Shown: piece by piece, positions 44,797-54,789 of the stretch
Layout: every line of letters begins with the position of its first letter
How positions within the stretch are numbered: position 1 is the stretch's first letter
NCBI GenBank assembly: GCA_963727485.1
Contig: CAVSGM010000009.1
Span: forward strand, 1-64,000
DNA from: an uncultured delta proteobacterium
GTDB taxonomy: Bacteria; Myxococcota; Myxococcia; SLRQ01
Length of the DNA stretch: 64,000 nucleotides
Reading direction: 5' to 3'
Notes under the pieces: model-generated
Databases searched by the model: none
Told to the model about the DNA's origin: nothing
What the model saw: the letters and a program-made list of their open reading frames with translations, nothing else
Translations under genes and position numbers: made by a program

Positions 44797-45591
44797 GTGG
44801 CCCTGCTCGCCCTCGCCGCCGGCTGGCCGGCCGTGGGCCACGCCGCCTTCGACCAGACCCACGCCGCCTGGTCCCGGATCCTCGCGACCCACGTCCGGGA
44901 CGGGGCCTTCGACTACGCCGCCGTGGCCCGGCACCCCGAGGCCCTGCGCGCCTACCTGGCGAGCCTGGAGCAGGTGAAGACCGCCGAGTACGCGACCTTC
45001 ACCCCCAAGGAGCAGCTGGCGTTCTGGATCGACGCCTACAACGCCTACGCGGTGTGGCTCATCGCCCACAAGTGGCCGGTGACGCGCGTCGACCGGCGCG
45101 GGCACCTGTGGCAGGGGCTCCTCCGGGAGGCCTTCATCCCCTTGCAGGCGACCGGGGGCGACAAGCTCTCCCTCGACGACCTCGCCCACCACGTCCTCCG
45201 GGCGCACTTCGACGACCCGCGGTTCCACTTCGCCCTGGCCTGCGGAGCCCGGGGGTGCCCGCCGCTGCGCCCGGAGGCCTACGTGGCCTCGCGCCTCGAC
45301 GCCCAGCTCGACGACCAGACCCGCCGCTTCCTCGCCAGCCCCGCCGGGGCCCGGTACGACTTCGAGCCCGAGGTCCTCTGGCTCTCGCCGATCTTCGACT
45401 GGTACGACGGCGACTTCCGCCCCTCGGTGCGGGCCTTCGTCCTCCGCTTCCTCCCGGCGAAGACGGTGATGGCCATCCGCCTGGCTCGCGGGCGCCTGCG
45501 CCTGCGCTACCTCGACTACGACGACCGGATCCGCCGGGTCCCGGCGGCGGCCGTTCCCGCGCCCCTGGTGCCTACACCCGGTAGCCGGTGA
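44797..45591 (+). CDS. Secreted DUF547-family protein (start uncertain)
   Basis: LAFWIDAYNA, DPRFHFALACGARGCP and LSPIFDWY..DF motifs. Confidence 0.85.
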   Translation: MALLALAAGWPAVGHAAFDQTHAAWSRILATHVRDGAFDYAAVARHPEALRAYLASLEQVKTAEYATFTPKEQLAFWIDAYNAYAVWLIAHKWPVTRVDRRGHLWQGLLREAFIPLQATGGDKLSLDDLAHHVLRAHFDDPRFHFALACGARGCPPLRPEAYVASRLDAQLDDQTRRFLASPAGARYDFEPEVLWLSPIFDWYDGDFRPSVRAFVLRFLPAKTVMAIRLARGRLRLRYLDYDDRIRRVPAAAVPAPLVPTPGSR

Positions 45592-46633
45592 AGGCGTCGT
45601 CGTCGTCGAGGGTCTCGACCTCGAGGTGCCGGCTCTCGTCGCCTCGGGTCCAGGCCACCGCCCCCCGGGGGGCGTCCTTGCCCTTCCCGTAGCGGGCGAC
45701 GATCTGCGAGGCGAGGTGGAGGTCGGCGTCGGTGGGCGCGCCCTCGACCAGGGCCAGCGGCCCCAGGTGCTCGGTGGCGACGCCCCGCCACCGGCCCTCG
45801 GTGTAGCGCTCGAGGAGGGCGTTCTCGCCGTCGGTGCGGGCGACGATGAGCTTCACCCCGCCCGGGAGGCGGAAGTGGCGGCCCACGGCGAGGAGGACGA
45901 TGTCGTCCTTGGTGTAGCGCTTGCCCTCGCGGTGCTCGATGAGGTCCCGGAAGCGCCGGGCGTAGGAGGGATCGGTGAGGAAGCAGCAGCCGCCGGCGGG
46001 CTGGGGGAAGTCGGCGATGCCGTAGTCCTCGGCGATGGCGATCTGGGCCTTGCGGCTCCGGCCGGTGATCCCGAGCATGTCCTCGCGGCGGTAGAGGCCC
46101 TTCTCCTCGGCCTCGGTGGGCGGGAGGTGGCGCGCCGAGAGGGGGCGCAGGAGCCGTCCCTTGAGGCCCGCCTGCTTCTCGATGAGGTGGAGCGTGTCCT
46201 TGCGCTGGCTCTTGGGCCGCTGGCCCATGACCTCGCCGGTGAACACCAGCTCGGCGCCCTCCGCCTCCATGATCTCCCGGGCCTTCTTCATCATGAAGAT
46301 CCGGCAGTCGATGCAGGGGTTCATGTTGGCGCCGTAGCCGTACTTGGGGTTGGTGACCACGTCGACGTACTCGTCGGAGACGTCGATGAACTCGATCTCG
46401 GTCTCGGCCTCCGCCGCCGCCTGGAGGGGCTCGTTCTTGGGGACGGCCCCGTCCTTGGGGCGTCCGCCGAGGCGCCGGTGGGTCTCGGTGATGCAGAACC
46501 CGGTGTAGAAGTTCACCGCCTTCACCTCGAAGCCGAGCTTCTTCATGTGGTGGAGGGCGATGGTGGAGTCGAGGCCGCCGGAGATCATGGCGACGGCCTT
46601 GGGCTTCTTGTTCCCGGTGTCTTCCTGGCTCAC
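45572..46633 (-). CDS. PP-loop tRNA thiolation-family protein (ThiI/MnmA-like, DUF814-type C-terminus)
   Basis: SGGLDS PP-loop, NPCIDC, TGEVMGQRP.SQ, PAGGCC and GRHFRL motifs. Confidence 0.85.
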   Translation of the reverse strand: MSQEDTGNKKPKAVAMISGGLDSTIALHHMKKLGFEVKAVNFYTGFCITETHRRLGGRPKDGAVPKNEPLQAAAEAETEIEFIDVSDEYVDVVTNPKYGYGANMNPCIDCRIFMMKKAREIMEAEGAELVFTGEVMGQRPKSQRKDTLHLIEKQAGLKGRLLRPLSARHLPPTEAEEKGLYRREDMLGITGRSRKAQIAIAEDYGIADFPQPAGGCCFLTDPSYARRFRDLIEHREGKRYTKDDIVLLAVGRHFRLPGGVKLIVARTDGENALLERYTEGRWRGVATEHLGPLALVEGAPTDADLHLASQIVARYGKGKDAPRGAVAWTRGDESRHLEVETLDDDDAFTGYRV

Positions 46634-46659
46634 GGCTTGACGTCCTGAGGGCGGGGGGG

Positions 46660-46903
46660 TCAGTGGCTGCGGCGGACCCGGACCTGGATGACCTCGCCCT
46701 CGGTGGCGAGACCGAGGAGCTCGTGGCCGGTGGCCTTGCACCAGGCGGGCATGTCGCTCTCCACGCCGCGGTCGGTGCTCGAGTACCAGAACGATCTCGC
46801 CCACCTCAACCCGCTTCACCGCCTTGGCGGTCTCGATGATGGGCCGCGGGCAGAACTCGCCGCGGACGTCCACGATCTCGGCGGGGGACGCCAGGGCGCT
46901 CAT
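46660..46903 (-). CDS. tusA: TusA-family sulfur carrier (frameshift near 46780)
   Basis: DVRGEFCPRP followed by D..DMPAWC..GHEL in the adjacent frame. Confidence 0.85.
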
Positions 46904-47157
46904 ACGGTGGACGCCTTCGCCTGGGCCTCGAGGTAGCGGGCGTCGTCGCGCTTGGTGGCGATGTGGAAGCGCAGGAGGCGCACCCGGCAGGCCTCGAACA
47001 TGTCGCCCTGCTGGCCGTTGTCCCGCAGGGGGCACTCCCAGCAGCGCTCGGCCTGGTCCTCGAGGCGGACCCAGGTCTCGTAGCCGAGCCGCCCCGCCTC
47101 GTACTCGGCCTTGGTGGTGGTCTCGAGGAACTCGAGGTGGCGGGAGGAGATGCACAT
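46900..47157 (-). CDS. Small Cys-containing hypothetical protein
   Basis: CWEC motif; stop overlaps the tusA start (ATGA); GC3-biased codons. Confidence 0.6.
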   Translation of the reverse strand: MCISSRHLEFLETTTKAEYEAGRLGYETWVRLEDQAERCWECPLRDNGQQGDMFEACRVRLLRFHIATKRDDARYLEAQAKASTV

Positions 47158-47376
47158 CGGGGGCGAGGAGGATTATAGGGCCACGGGTTGCGCCGACGCG
47201 AACCGCGGGAGGGTGGGAATGCACCCGGAGCCAGGCGCGTTGGGCGCCGAGGGGTGACGGGTCCCCCCACCGCTTGCCCGGGTAGGGCCCTTCTGGTAGC
47301 ATCCCGTGCCCTGCGCAAGGACAGCCGTAATCCCTTGATATTTCAGGCGAAACACCCCCGCCTGCGGAGTCGATAG

Positions 47377-49341
47377 ATGAAGAACGTGAGCGTCGTCGTC
47401 GCCCTCGTCGTGGGGCTCGTGATTGGTCTGGCCGTCGGCCGCATGACCGTCGAGCCCAAGGATGCCAACGCCCCGTCGGTGGCGGCCAACGATCACCCCG
47501 CGCCCAGCCCCGCGCCCGCGGCGGCCAACAACGGCGCCGAGACGGTCTACAAGGTGCCGGTGGGGGACGGCCACGTGCGCGGCCCCGCCGACGCCCCGGT
47601 GACCCTGATCGAGTTCGCCGACTACCAGTGCCCCTTCTGCGTGCGCGCCTTCGGGACGGTGCAGCAGATCCGGAAGGCCTACGGCGACCAGATCCGCTAC
47701 GTCTTCAAGAACAACCCCCTCTCGATGCACCAGTACGCCGCCGGGGCCGCCGAGGCCGCCGAGGCTGCCGCGGCCCAGGGGAAGTTCTGGCAGTTCCACG
47801 ACAAGCTCTACGAGTCGAACGGCAAGCTGACCCAGGCGGACCTCGACGGCTACGCCCAGGCCCTCGGCCTCGACATGGCCAAGTTCAAGCACGACGTGTC
47901 GACCAACGCCTACAAGGCCAAGATCGACGCGCAGCAGCATGAGGCCGTGAGCATGGGGGCCGGCGGCACCCCGGCGTTCTTCATCAACGGCGTCTACGTG
48001 CGCGGGGCCCAGCCCTTCTCCACCTTCAAGCGGGTCATCGACGCCCAGCTCGCCAAGGCCAAGGCCCTCGAGGCCAAGGGCGTGGCGCCCAAGGACGTCT
48101 ACGCCACCCTCATCGCCCACGGCGCCACCACCATCGCCCGGCCCAAGCCGCGCCAGCAGCCCAACCGGCCGGCGCCGAAGCAGTTCGCCAAGGTGGTGCT
48201 CACGCCCAAGGACCACGTCCGCGGGCCCGCCGACGCCAAGGTCACCATCGTCGAGTGGTCGGACTACCAGTGCCCCTTCTGCAAGCGGGCCGAGCCCACC
48301 ATCGACCAGATCGAGAAGACCTACGGGAAGAACATCCGCTTCGTGTTCCGCAACTTCCCCCTCTCGTTCCACCCCTACGCCAACATCGCCGCCGAGGCCG
48401 CCGAGGCCGCCGCCGCCCAGGGCAAGTTCTGGCAGTTCCACGACAAGCTCTACGAGGTGTCGCCGAAGCTCGACCGGGCCTCCCTCGAGAGCTACGCCCA
48501 GGGGCTCGGCCTGAACATGGCCAAGTTCAAGAAGGCCCTCGACACCAACGAGTACAAGTCGTTCATCGACGGCCAGGAGCAGGACGGCCAGCAGCACGGC
48601 GTGAGCGGGACCCCGACCTTCTTCATCAACGGGCGCAAGCTCGTCGGGGCCCAGCCCTTCTCCGCCTTCAAGCCGGTCATCGATGAGCAGATCAAGGCCG
48701 CCGACGCGCTCCTCCAGAAGGGCACGCCCGCAGCAAAGCTCTACGCCAAGCTGATGACCGAGAACGAGGCCAAGTTCGGGAAGAGCGCCCCGGCGCCGCG
48801 GGGTCCGGCCCCGGACACCAAGGTCTACAAGATCGCCATCGGCAACTCGCCGGCCAAGGGCCCCAAGAACGCGCCGGTGACCATCGTCGAGTGGTCCGAC
48901 TTCCAGTGCCCGTTCTGCAAGCGCGCCGAGGGCACGGTGGACCAGGTCCTCAAGGAGTACAAGGGCAAGATCCGCCTCGTCTACAAGCAGTACCCCCTGC
49001 CCTTCCACCCCTACGCCCAGAAGGCCGCCGAGGCCGCCGTCGCCGCCAAGGCCCAGGGCAAGTTCTGGCCCTACCACGACCTCCTGTTCAAGGAGTCGCC
49101 GAAGCTGACCCAGGCCGACCTGGCGCAGTACGCGCAGCAGGTGGGGCTGAACGTGTCCAAGTTCAAGCAGGCCCTCGCCAGCAACGAGTACGCCCCGGTG
49201 GTCAGCGCCGAGAAGAAGGAGGGCGAGGCCGTGGGGACCAACGGCACGCCGACGTTCTTCATCAACGGGCACAAGCTCGTGGGGGCGCAGCCGCTGTCGG
49301 CGTTCAAGCAGGTGATCGACGCGCAGCTCAAGGGCAAGTAG
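47377..49341 (+). CDS. Triple DsbA/thioredoxin-fold protein, membrane-anchored
   Basis: Three D.QCPFC motifs and three GTP.FFING cis-Pro motifs; N-terminal hydrophobic anchor. Confidence 0.93.
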   Translation: MKNVSVVVALVVGLVIGLAVGRMTVEPKDANAPSVAANDHPAPSPAPAAANNGAETVYKVPVGDGHVRGPADAPVTLIEFADYQCPFCVRAFGTVQQIRKAYGDQIRYVFKNNPLSMHQYAAGAAEAAEAAAAQGKFWQFHDKLYESNGKLTQADLDGYAQALGLDMAKFKHDVSTNAYKAKIDAQQHEAVSMGAGGTPAFFINGVYVRGAQPFSTFKRVIDAQLAKAKALEAKGVAPKDVYATLIAHGATTIARPKPRQQPNRPAPKQFAKVVLTPKDHVRGPADAKVTIVEWSDYQCPFCKRAEPTIDQIEKTYGKNIRFVFRNFPLSFHPYANIAAEAAEAAAAQGKFWQFHDKLYEVSPKLDRASLESYAQGLGLNMAKFKKALDTNEYKSFIDGQEQDGQQHGVSGTPTFFINGRKLVGAQPFSAFKPVIDEQIKAADALLQKGTPAAKLYAKLMTENEAKFGKSAPAPRGPAPDTKVYKIAIGNSPAKGPKNAPVTIVEWSDFQCPFCKRAEGTVDQVLKEYKGKIRLVYKQYPLPFHPYAQKAAEAAVAAKAQGKFWPYHDLLFKESPKLTQADLAQYAQQVGLNVSKFKQALASNEYAPVVSAEKKEGEAVGTNGTPTFFINGHKLVGAQPLSAFKQVIDAQLKGK

Positions 49342-49402
49342 ACGCCCGCCACGCCAGGCACGGCCGCCGGGAGGTGGCCGGGGCCGGCGCGGGAGCTCAC
49401 GT

Positions 49403-49438
49403 GGGCCCGCTTCCGGGAGGAGGCGGGCCCGCTGCTTT
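49403..49438 (+). terminator. Terminator hairpin
   Basis: GGGCCCGCTTCC-GGGA-GGAGGCGGGCCC followed by GCTGCTTT. Confidence 0.65.
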
Positions 49439-49476
49439 GGTTGGGGCGGGATGGCGGTCTCGCGGGGGGTCTTCAG

Positions 49477-49712
49477 GCTCCGGATCAACCGGGCCCGCCG
49501 GAACCCGCCCGTCTTCCCCCAACGCGATGGGCGCGCTGCCGACCACGCGGGGGAAGGGCCGCCGGCGACCGGCGACCGGCGCCTGGCAGCGCCGACCTCG
49601 CACGGGTCCTCCCGTCGGGGCTTCGGGCGCCGGGTGGCACGGAGCCGGGGAGTCCCCAAGCTCCGGATCAAGCGGGCCCGCCGGAACCCGCCCGTCTTCC
49701 CCCAACGCGATG
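49477..49712. repeat. 53-bp direct repeat pair
   Basis: 49477-49529 and 49660-49712 differ at one base; partial copy at 52018-52034. Confidence 0.9.
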
Positions 49713-49892
49713 TCGGCCTCGCCGTTGCGGGTGACACCCCGTCTCTGCGGGGTCCCGCACCCCGTGCCGTGCGCCGGCCCCGGCGGAGCCGGCGGGCCGG
49801 TCAACCGACAGAATCCCCCGCGGCACCTTCCCCTCGCCGATCTCCACCTGATATTCGAGGAGATTCACCCCTCCCCGCGCCTGGAGTCCCGA

Positions 49893-51848
49893 ATGAAGAA
49901 CATGAGCGTCGTCGCCGCCCTGGTCGCCGGGCTCCTGGTCGGTCCCACCGCCGGCTGCGCCACCGCGGCGCCGAAGCAGGCCCCCGCCGCACCCACGGCG
50001 GCCAAGGCCCACCCGAGCCCGGCGCCGGCGGCCAACGACGGCGCCCAGAGAGTCTACCGGGTGCCCATCGGTGACGGGCACGTGCGCGGCCCCGCCGACG
50101 CCCCGGTGACCATCGTCGAGTTCGCCGACTACCAGTGCCCGTTCTGCATCCGCGCCTTCGCGACGCTGCAGCGGCTCCGGAAGATCTACGGCGATCAGGT
50201 CCGGTTCGTGTTCAAGAACAACCCCCTGCTCTTCCACCAGTACGCGGCCGGCGCCGCCGAGGCCGCCGAGGCCGCCGGCGCCCAGGGGAAGTTCTGGGCC
50301 TACCACGACCTCCTCTTCCGGAAGTCACCGAACCTCACGCCGTCGGAGCTCGAGCAGTCCGCCCAGCAGCTCGGCCTCGACATGGCCAGGTTCAGGCAGG
50401 ACGTGTCGTCCAACGCATACCAGCACAAGATCGCCGCACAGCAGAGCCAGGCGGTGAGCTTGGGCGCCACCGGCACCCCGGCCTTCTTCATCAACGGCGT
50501 CTACGTGCGCGGGGCCCAGCCCTTCTCCAAGTTCAAGCGGGTCATCGACGCCCAGCTCGCCCAGGCCAAGGCCCTCGAGGCCAAGGGCGTGGCTCCCAAG
50601 GACCTCTACGCCACCCTCATCGCCCACGGCGCCACCCACGTCGCCCTGCCCAGGCCGCACCGCCGGGCCAGGCGGCCAGCGCCGACGCAGTTCGCCCGGA
50701 TCGTCCTCACCCCCAAGGATCACGTCCGCGGGCCGGCCGGCGCCAAGGTGACCATGGTCGAGTTCGGCGACTACCAGTGCCCCTTCTGCAAGCGGGCCGA
50801 GTCGACCGTCGATCAGATCCGGAAGACCTACGGGGAGCAGGTGCGCTTCGTGTTCCGCAACTTCCCCCTGCCGTTCCACAAGTACGCGGACGGCGCCGCC
50901 GAGGCCGCCGAGGCCGCCGCCGCCCAGGGCAAGTTCTGGCAGTTCCATGACAAGCTCTACGAGGTCTCGCCGAAGCTCGACCGCGCCTCCCTCGAGGGCT
51001 ACGCCCAGGGGCTCGGTCTGGACCTGACCAGGTTCAAGAAGGCCCTCGACACCAACGCCTACAGGTCCTTCATCTACGGCCAGGAGCAGGACGGCCAGCA
51101 GCACGGCGTCGGCGGCACCCCGACCTTCTTCGTGAACGGTCGCAAGATCTCCGGGGCCCAGCCGTTCTCCGCCTTCAAGACCGTCCTCGACGAGGAGATC
51201 CAGCACGCCGACGCCCTCCTGAAGAAGGGGACCCCGGCGAAGCAGATCTACGCCAAGCTGATGGAGGAGAACGAGGCCAGGTACGGCAAGTCCGCCCCGG
51301 CCCGCCGCGGCCCGGCCCCGGACGACAAGGTCTACAAGATCGCCATCGGCAACTCGCCGGCCAAGGGTCCCAAGAACGCGCCGGTGACCATCGTCGAGTG
51401 GTCCGACTTCCAGTGCCCGTTCTGCAAGCGCGCCGAGGGCACGGTGGAGCAGCTCCTCGAGCAGTACCAGGGCAAGATCCGCTTCGTGTACAAGCAGTAC
51501 CCCCTGCCCTTCCACCCCTACGCCGAGAAGGCCGCCGAGGCCGCCATCGCCGCCAAGGCCCAGGGCAAGTTCTGGCCCTACCACGACCTCCTGTTCAAGG
51601 AGTCGCCGGAGCTGACCCAGGCCGACCTGGCGCAGTACGCGCAGCAGGTGGGGCTGAACGTCTCCAAGTTCAAGCAGGCCCTGGACAGCGACGAGTACGC
51701 CCCCGCGGTCGCCGCCGAGCTGAAGGAAGGCCAGGCCGTCGGGACCCGAGGGACGCCCACCTTCTTCATCAACGGGCACAAGCTCGTGGGCGCGCAGCCG
51801 CTCTGGCGATTCCAGCAGGTGATCGACGCGCAGCTCAAGGGCAAGTAG
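49893..51848 (+). CDS. Triple DsbA/thioredoxin-fold lipoprotein (tandem paralog)
   Basis: Three CPFC motifs, lipobox TAGC, highly similar to 47377-49341. Confidence 0.93.
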   Translation: MKNMSVVAALVAGLLVGPTAGCATAAPKQAPAAPTAAKAHPSPAPAANDGAQRVYRVPIGDGHVRGPADAPVTIVEFADYQCPFCIRAFATLQRLRKIYGDQVRFVFKNNPLLFHQYAAGAAEAAEAAGAQGKFWAYHDLLFRKSPNLTPSELEQSAQQLGLDMARFRQDVSSNAYQHKIAAQQSQAVSLGATGTPAFFINGVYVRGAQPFSKFKRVIDAQLAQAKALEAKGVAPKDLYATLIAHGATHVALPRPHRRARRPAPTQFARIVLTPKDHVRGPAGAKVTMVEFGDYQCPFCKRAESTVDQIRKTYGEQVRFVFRNFPLPFHKYADGAAEAAEAAAAQGKFWQFHDKLYEVSPKLDRASLEGYAQGLGLDLTRFKKALDTNAYRSFIYGQEQDGQQHGVGGTPTFFVNGRKISGAQPFSAFKTVLDEEIQHADALLKKGTPAKQIYAKLMEENEARYGKSAPARRGPAPDDKVYKIAIGNSPAKGPKNAPVTIVEWSDFQCPFCKRAEGTVEQLLEQYQGKIRFVYKQYPLPFHPYAEKAAEAAIAAKAQGKFWPYHDLLFKESPELTQADLAQYAQQVGLNVSKFKQALDSDEYAPAVAAELKEGQAVGTRGTPTFFINGHKLVGAQPLWRFQQVIDAQLKGK

Positions 51849-51877
51849 GCGCCGGGGACGGCGAGGGGGCTCATGTG

Positions 51878-51910
51878 GGCCCGCTTCCGGGAGGAGGCGG
51901 GCCGTTCGTT
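51878..51910 (+). terminator. Terminator hairpin (copy of the one at 49403)
   Basis: GGCCCGCTTCC-GGGA-GGAGGCGGGCC followed by GTTCGTT. Confidence 0.65.
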
Positions 51911-52155
51911 GGGGCTGGGTGGGATCGACGAGGCGGGACCGCGCCGATGGCCGCGTGGCGGGTGCTCCGGTGAAGCGTTCGGGCGCCGGGTGGCACGGAG
52001 CCGGCGAGCTCCCGCGGGCTCTGGATCAAGCGGGCGAGCTTGAAAGCGGCCTGTGGACCCCCACCGTGGGGCCGCGCGGCGCGGCATGGCCCGGCACGTC
52101 GCCCCTGCAGGGTCCCCCACCCCTGGCCCTGCGCCGGCCGCGGCGGCGCCGGCAC

Positions 52156-54756
52156 CTAGAACCGGTAGATCACCCGCTGCATCTTCCCCTTGGTGATCTC
52201 CACGCTGAACGACTTCGTCTTCCCCCCGGCCGCCTCGAACGTCACCTTGTGATGCCCCACCGGCAGCTTCAGCGGGCTGGCCGGCGTAATCGGCGTCACC
52301 CGGCCGGTGTCGTGGCCGTCGACGAGGACCTTCGCCCAGGGGATGCACTGGGCAATCAGCGTCCCCTCCCCATGGGCCTTGGCCACGTGGTGGCGCGGCG
52401 GCCGGCGGTGCACCACCCGATGCCGGTGCACCGGCGCCGGCGGGGGTACCGCGTCGAGGTGGGTGGTGACCGTCTCGGTGGTCTTGCCGGCGAAGGCCAC
52501 CCGGATCTCCTTGGAGTGGTAGCCACGCTTGGCGAGGGTGAAGCGGTGCACTCCGTCGAGGTCGAGCCCCTTGGCGTGGTAGGGCGTGTGGCCGACGACC
52601 TTCTTGCCCACCCGGACCTCGGCCCCCGAGGGGTCGGAGGTGAGGATGGCGGTCCCGGTGGTGGGAATCGGCGGTGGCGCCGGCTGGGGCTTGGGCGCCG
52701 GCTGGGTCGGCGGGTTCTTCTCCGGGGCCGGGGTCGGGGTCGGCGCGGGCGCCCCGGTGGCGACGGCCGCCTTCACCGGCGTCGGCGTCGGGGCCGGCGT
52801 CGGGGCCGGCGTCGGGGCCGGCGTCGGGGCCGGGGTGGGCGCCGGCTTGGGCGCCGGGGTCGCCACGGCGCCCGGGATCTTCAGGGTCGCGTGGCCCTCG
52901 CCCCCGGCGGGGACATCCACCATCTTCGCCACCTGGCCGTCGTCAAGGACGCTCCGGACCACCACCTGGTGCTGCCCCGCCTTGAGGGACCGGACGAAGA
53001 CCGGCGAGGCGTGGTCCACGAGCTGCCCGTCGACCAGGATATCCACCCGCTGGTCGGGCACGGTGATGATGGTGAGGCTCCCGGTGGTCGGGGTGTGGCC
53101 GCGGACCATGCTCGCCACCCCGATCGCGGCGGCGATGGCCAGGACCCCGCCGATCCCGCCGGCGAGGTAGAGCCGGTTGCGGTTCCCCCCGGCCTTCCCG
53201 GCGTCCCGGGCGGCGCTGCGGACCTTCGAGGGGGCCACGTCGGGGAGCGCCGTCGCCGAGGAGGACACCGAGACCTTGGGAGGCGACGGCGGCCGGACCT
53301 CCCGGATGTTCGGCGACACCTTGGGCGGCGGCGGCTTGAGGACCTCGTCGGCGTGGGTGATGCGGGTGCTCTGCTCGAGGAGCGCGCCGTCCGGGCCCAT
53401 GGTCCCGGGGCTGGAGGGGATCTCCTCAGCGAAGCGGCCGACGGCGTCCTGGTGGGCCGCCGCCTCGGGATCGCCGAGGGCCGCCCTCCGGCGTGAGGCC
53501 GCGTGGCGCTGGCCCTCGTCGGTGTCGGCGTCCTCGGCGACGCCGGGCCCGGGGGTGACCCCGCGCTCGTCGCTGTGGTCGGTGGTCTCCTCGTCGCCGA
53601 TGGGCGCGGGCTGGGCCCCGCCGAAGGCCTCGCTGCCCTCGAAGGCCCCGCCGGCGTCGAAGAGCACCGTGGCGTCGCCCCGCTGCTGGAGCATCTCCGC
53701 GGGCGGTGGGCCCAGGCTCTCGGCGGGATCCGGCGCCGGCGCCGGCGTTGAGGCGGTGGCCGCGGCGCTCTCCACCTCCGGCGGCGCCACCACCTCGGCG
53801 AACTCCTCCATCCGCTCGGCCTCGCGCCCGATGTCCGCCTCGAACTCCTGGTGCATGAACGCCGAGAGGTGCTTGGCGCCGAAGATGGTGCCGTCGGTGA
53901 GGAGGAAGCGGAGCAGGTCCTCCTGCATGTCCGAGGCGTGCTGGTAGCGATCCTCGACGTCCCGGGCCAGGGCCTTCATCAGCACCTGCTCGAGACCCTC
54001 GGGGAGGTCCGGCTTGAAGTCGGTGGGCTTGGGGACCTCGGCGTTGCGCACCTTCTCCAGGGTGGAGAAGTCGCTCTCGCCCACGAAGAGCTTCTCCCCG
54101 GTCACCGCCTCGTAGAGGCACACGCCCACCGCGAAGATGTCCGAGCGACCGTCGATGGGCAGCCCCCGCACCTGCTCGGGGCTCATGTACCCGAACTTGC
54201 CCTTGAGGATGCCCGCCTGGGTCTTCTGGGAGCGGTTGGCCGCCTTGGCGATCCCGAAGTCGATGAGCTTCACCTCCCCGTCGAAGGAGAGGAGGATGTT
54301 CTGGGGAGACACGTCCCGGTGGACGATGTGCATCTCCTGGCCCCGGGCGTCCTTCTTCCGGTGGGCGTAGTCGAGCCCCTCGCACATCTTCTGGGCGATG
54401 TAGACCGCCTGGGCCAGGGGCATCAGCTCCCCCCGGCGCTTGAACTTGTCGAGGATGGTCCGCAGGTCACGCCCGGAGACGTACTCCATGGCGATGAAGT
54501 AGTTCTCGTCGTGCTTCCCCAGCTCGTAGATCTGGACGATGTTGGCGTGGTTCAGCTGGACCGCGATCCGCGCCTCGTCGATGAACATGGTGATGAACTC
54601 CTGGTCCTCCACCATGGTCGGCAGGATCTTCTTGATCGCGAGCAGGCGCTCGAATCCCTCGACGCCGAACGACTTGGCGAGGAACACCTCGGCCATGCCG
54701 CCGACGTTGATGCGGTCGAGAAGCAGGTACTTCCCGAAGGGGATGGGCTTCCTCAT
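52156..54756 (-). CDS. Membrane Ser/Thr protein kinase with PEGA-like extracytoplasmic domains
   Basis: GGMAEVF, AIKK, HRDVSPQN, DFGIAK and YMSPEQ motifs; TM helix; SDPSGAEV..GHTP. Confidence 0.95.
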   Translation of the reverse strand: MRKPIPFGKYLLLDRINVGGMAEVFLAKSFGVEGFERLLAIKKILPTMVEDQEFITMFIDEARIAVQLNHANIVQIYELGKHDENYFIAMEYVSGRDLRTILDKFKRRGELMPLAQAVYIAQKMCEGLDYAHRKKDARGQEMHIVHRDVSPQNILLSFDGEVKLIDFGIAKAANRSQKTQAGILKGKFGYMSPEQVRGLPIDGRSDIFAVGVCLYEAVTGEKLFVGESDFSTLEKVRNAEVPKPTDFKPDLPEGLEQVLMKALARDVEDRYQHASDMQEDLLRFLLTDGTIFGAKHLSAFMHQEFEADIGREAERMEEFAEVVAPPEVESAAATASTPAPAPDPAESLGPPPAEMLQQRGDATVLFDAGGAFEGSEAFGGAQPAPIGDEETTDHSDERGVTPGPGVAEDADTDEGQRHAASRRRAALGDPEAAAHQDAVGRFAEEIPSSPGTMGPDGALLEQSTRITHADEVLKPPPPKVSPNIREVRPPSPPKVSVSSSATALPDVAPSKVRSAARDAGKAGGNRNRLYLAGGIGGVLAIAAAIGVASMVRGHTPTTGSLTIITVPDQRVDILVDGQLVDHASPVFVRSLKAGQHQVVVRSVLDDGQVAKMVDVPAGGEGHATLKIPGAVATPAPKPAPTPAPTPAPTPAPTPAPTPTPVKAAVATGAPAPTPTPAPEKNPPTQPAPKPQPAPPPIPTTGTAILTSDPSGAEVRVGKKVVGHTPYHAKGLDLDGVHRFTLAKRGYHSKEIRVAFAGKTTETVTTHLDAVPPPAPVHRHRVVHRRPPRHHVAKAHGEGTLIAQCIPWAKVLVDGHDTGRVTPITPASPLKLPVGHHKVTFEAAGGKTKSFSVEITKGKMQRVIYRF
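52784..52855. repeat. 12-bp tandem repeat encoding the PAPT linker
   Basis: GGCGTCGGGGCC x4 exact (52784-52831) plus two degenerate units. Confidence 0.85.
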
Positions 54757-54789
54757 CGCAGGGTACGGGGCCCGGCCCCGACGGGGGCG

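Noticed and set aside
49477..49712. CRISPR array
   Set aside because: Only two 53-bp repeats with a 130-bp spacer, and no cas genes.
51991..52006. Sigma54 promoter (TGGCACG) within the intergenic repeat
   Set aside because: Poor -12 element (CGGC), absent in the other copy, and no co-oriented gene downstream.
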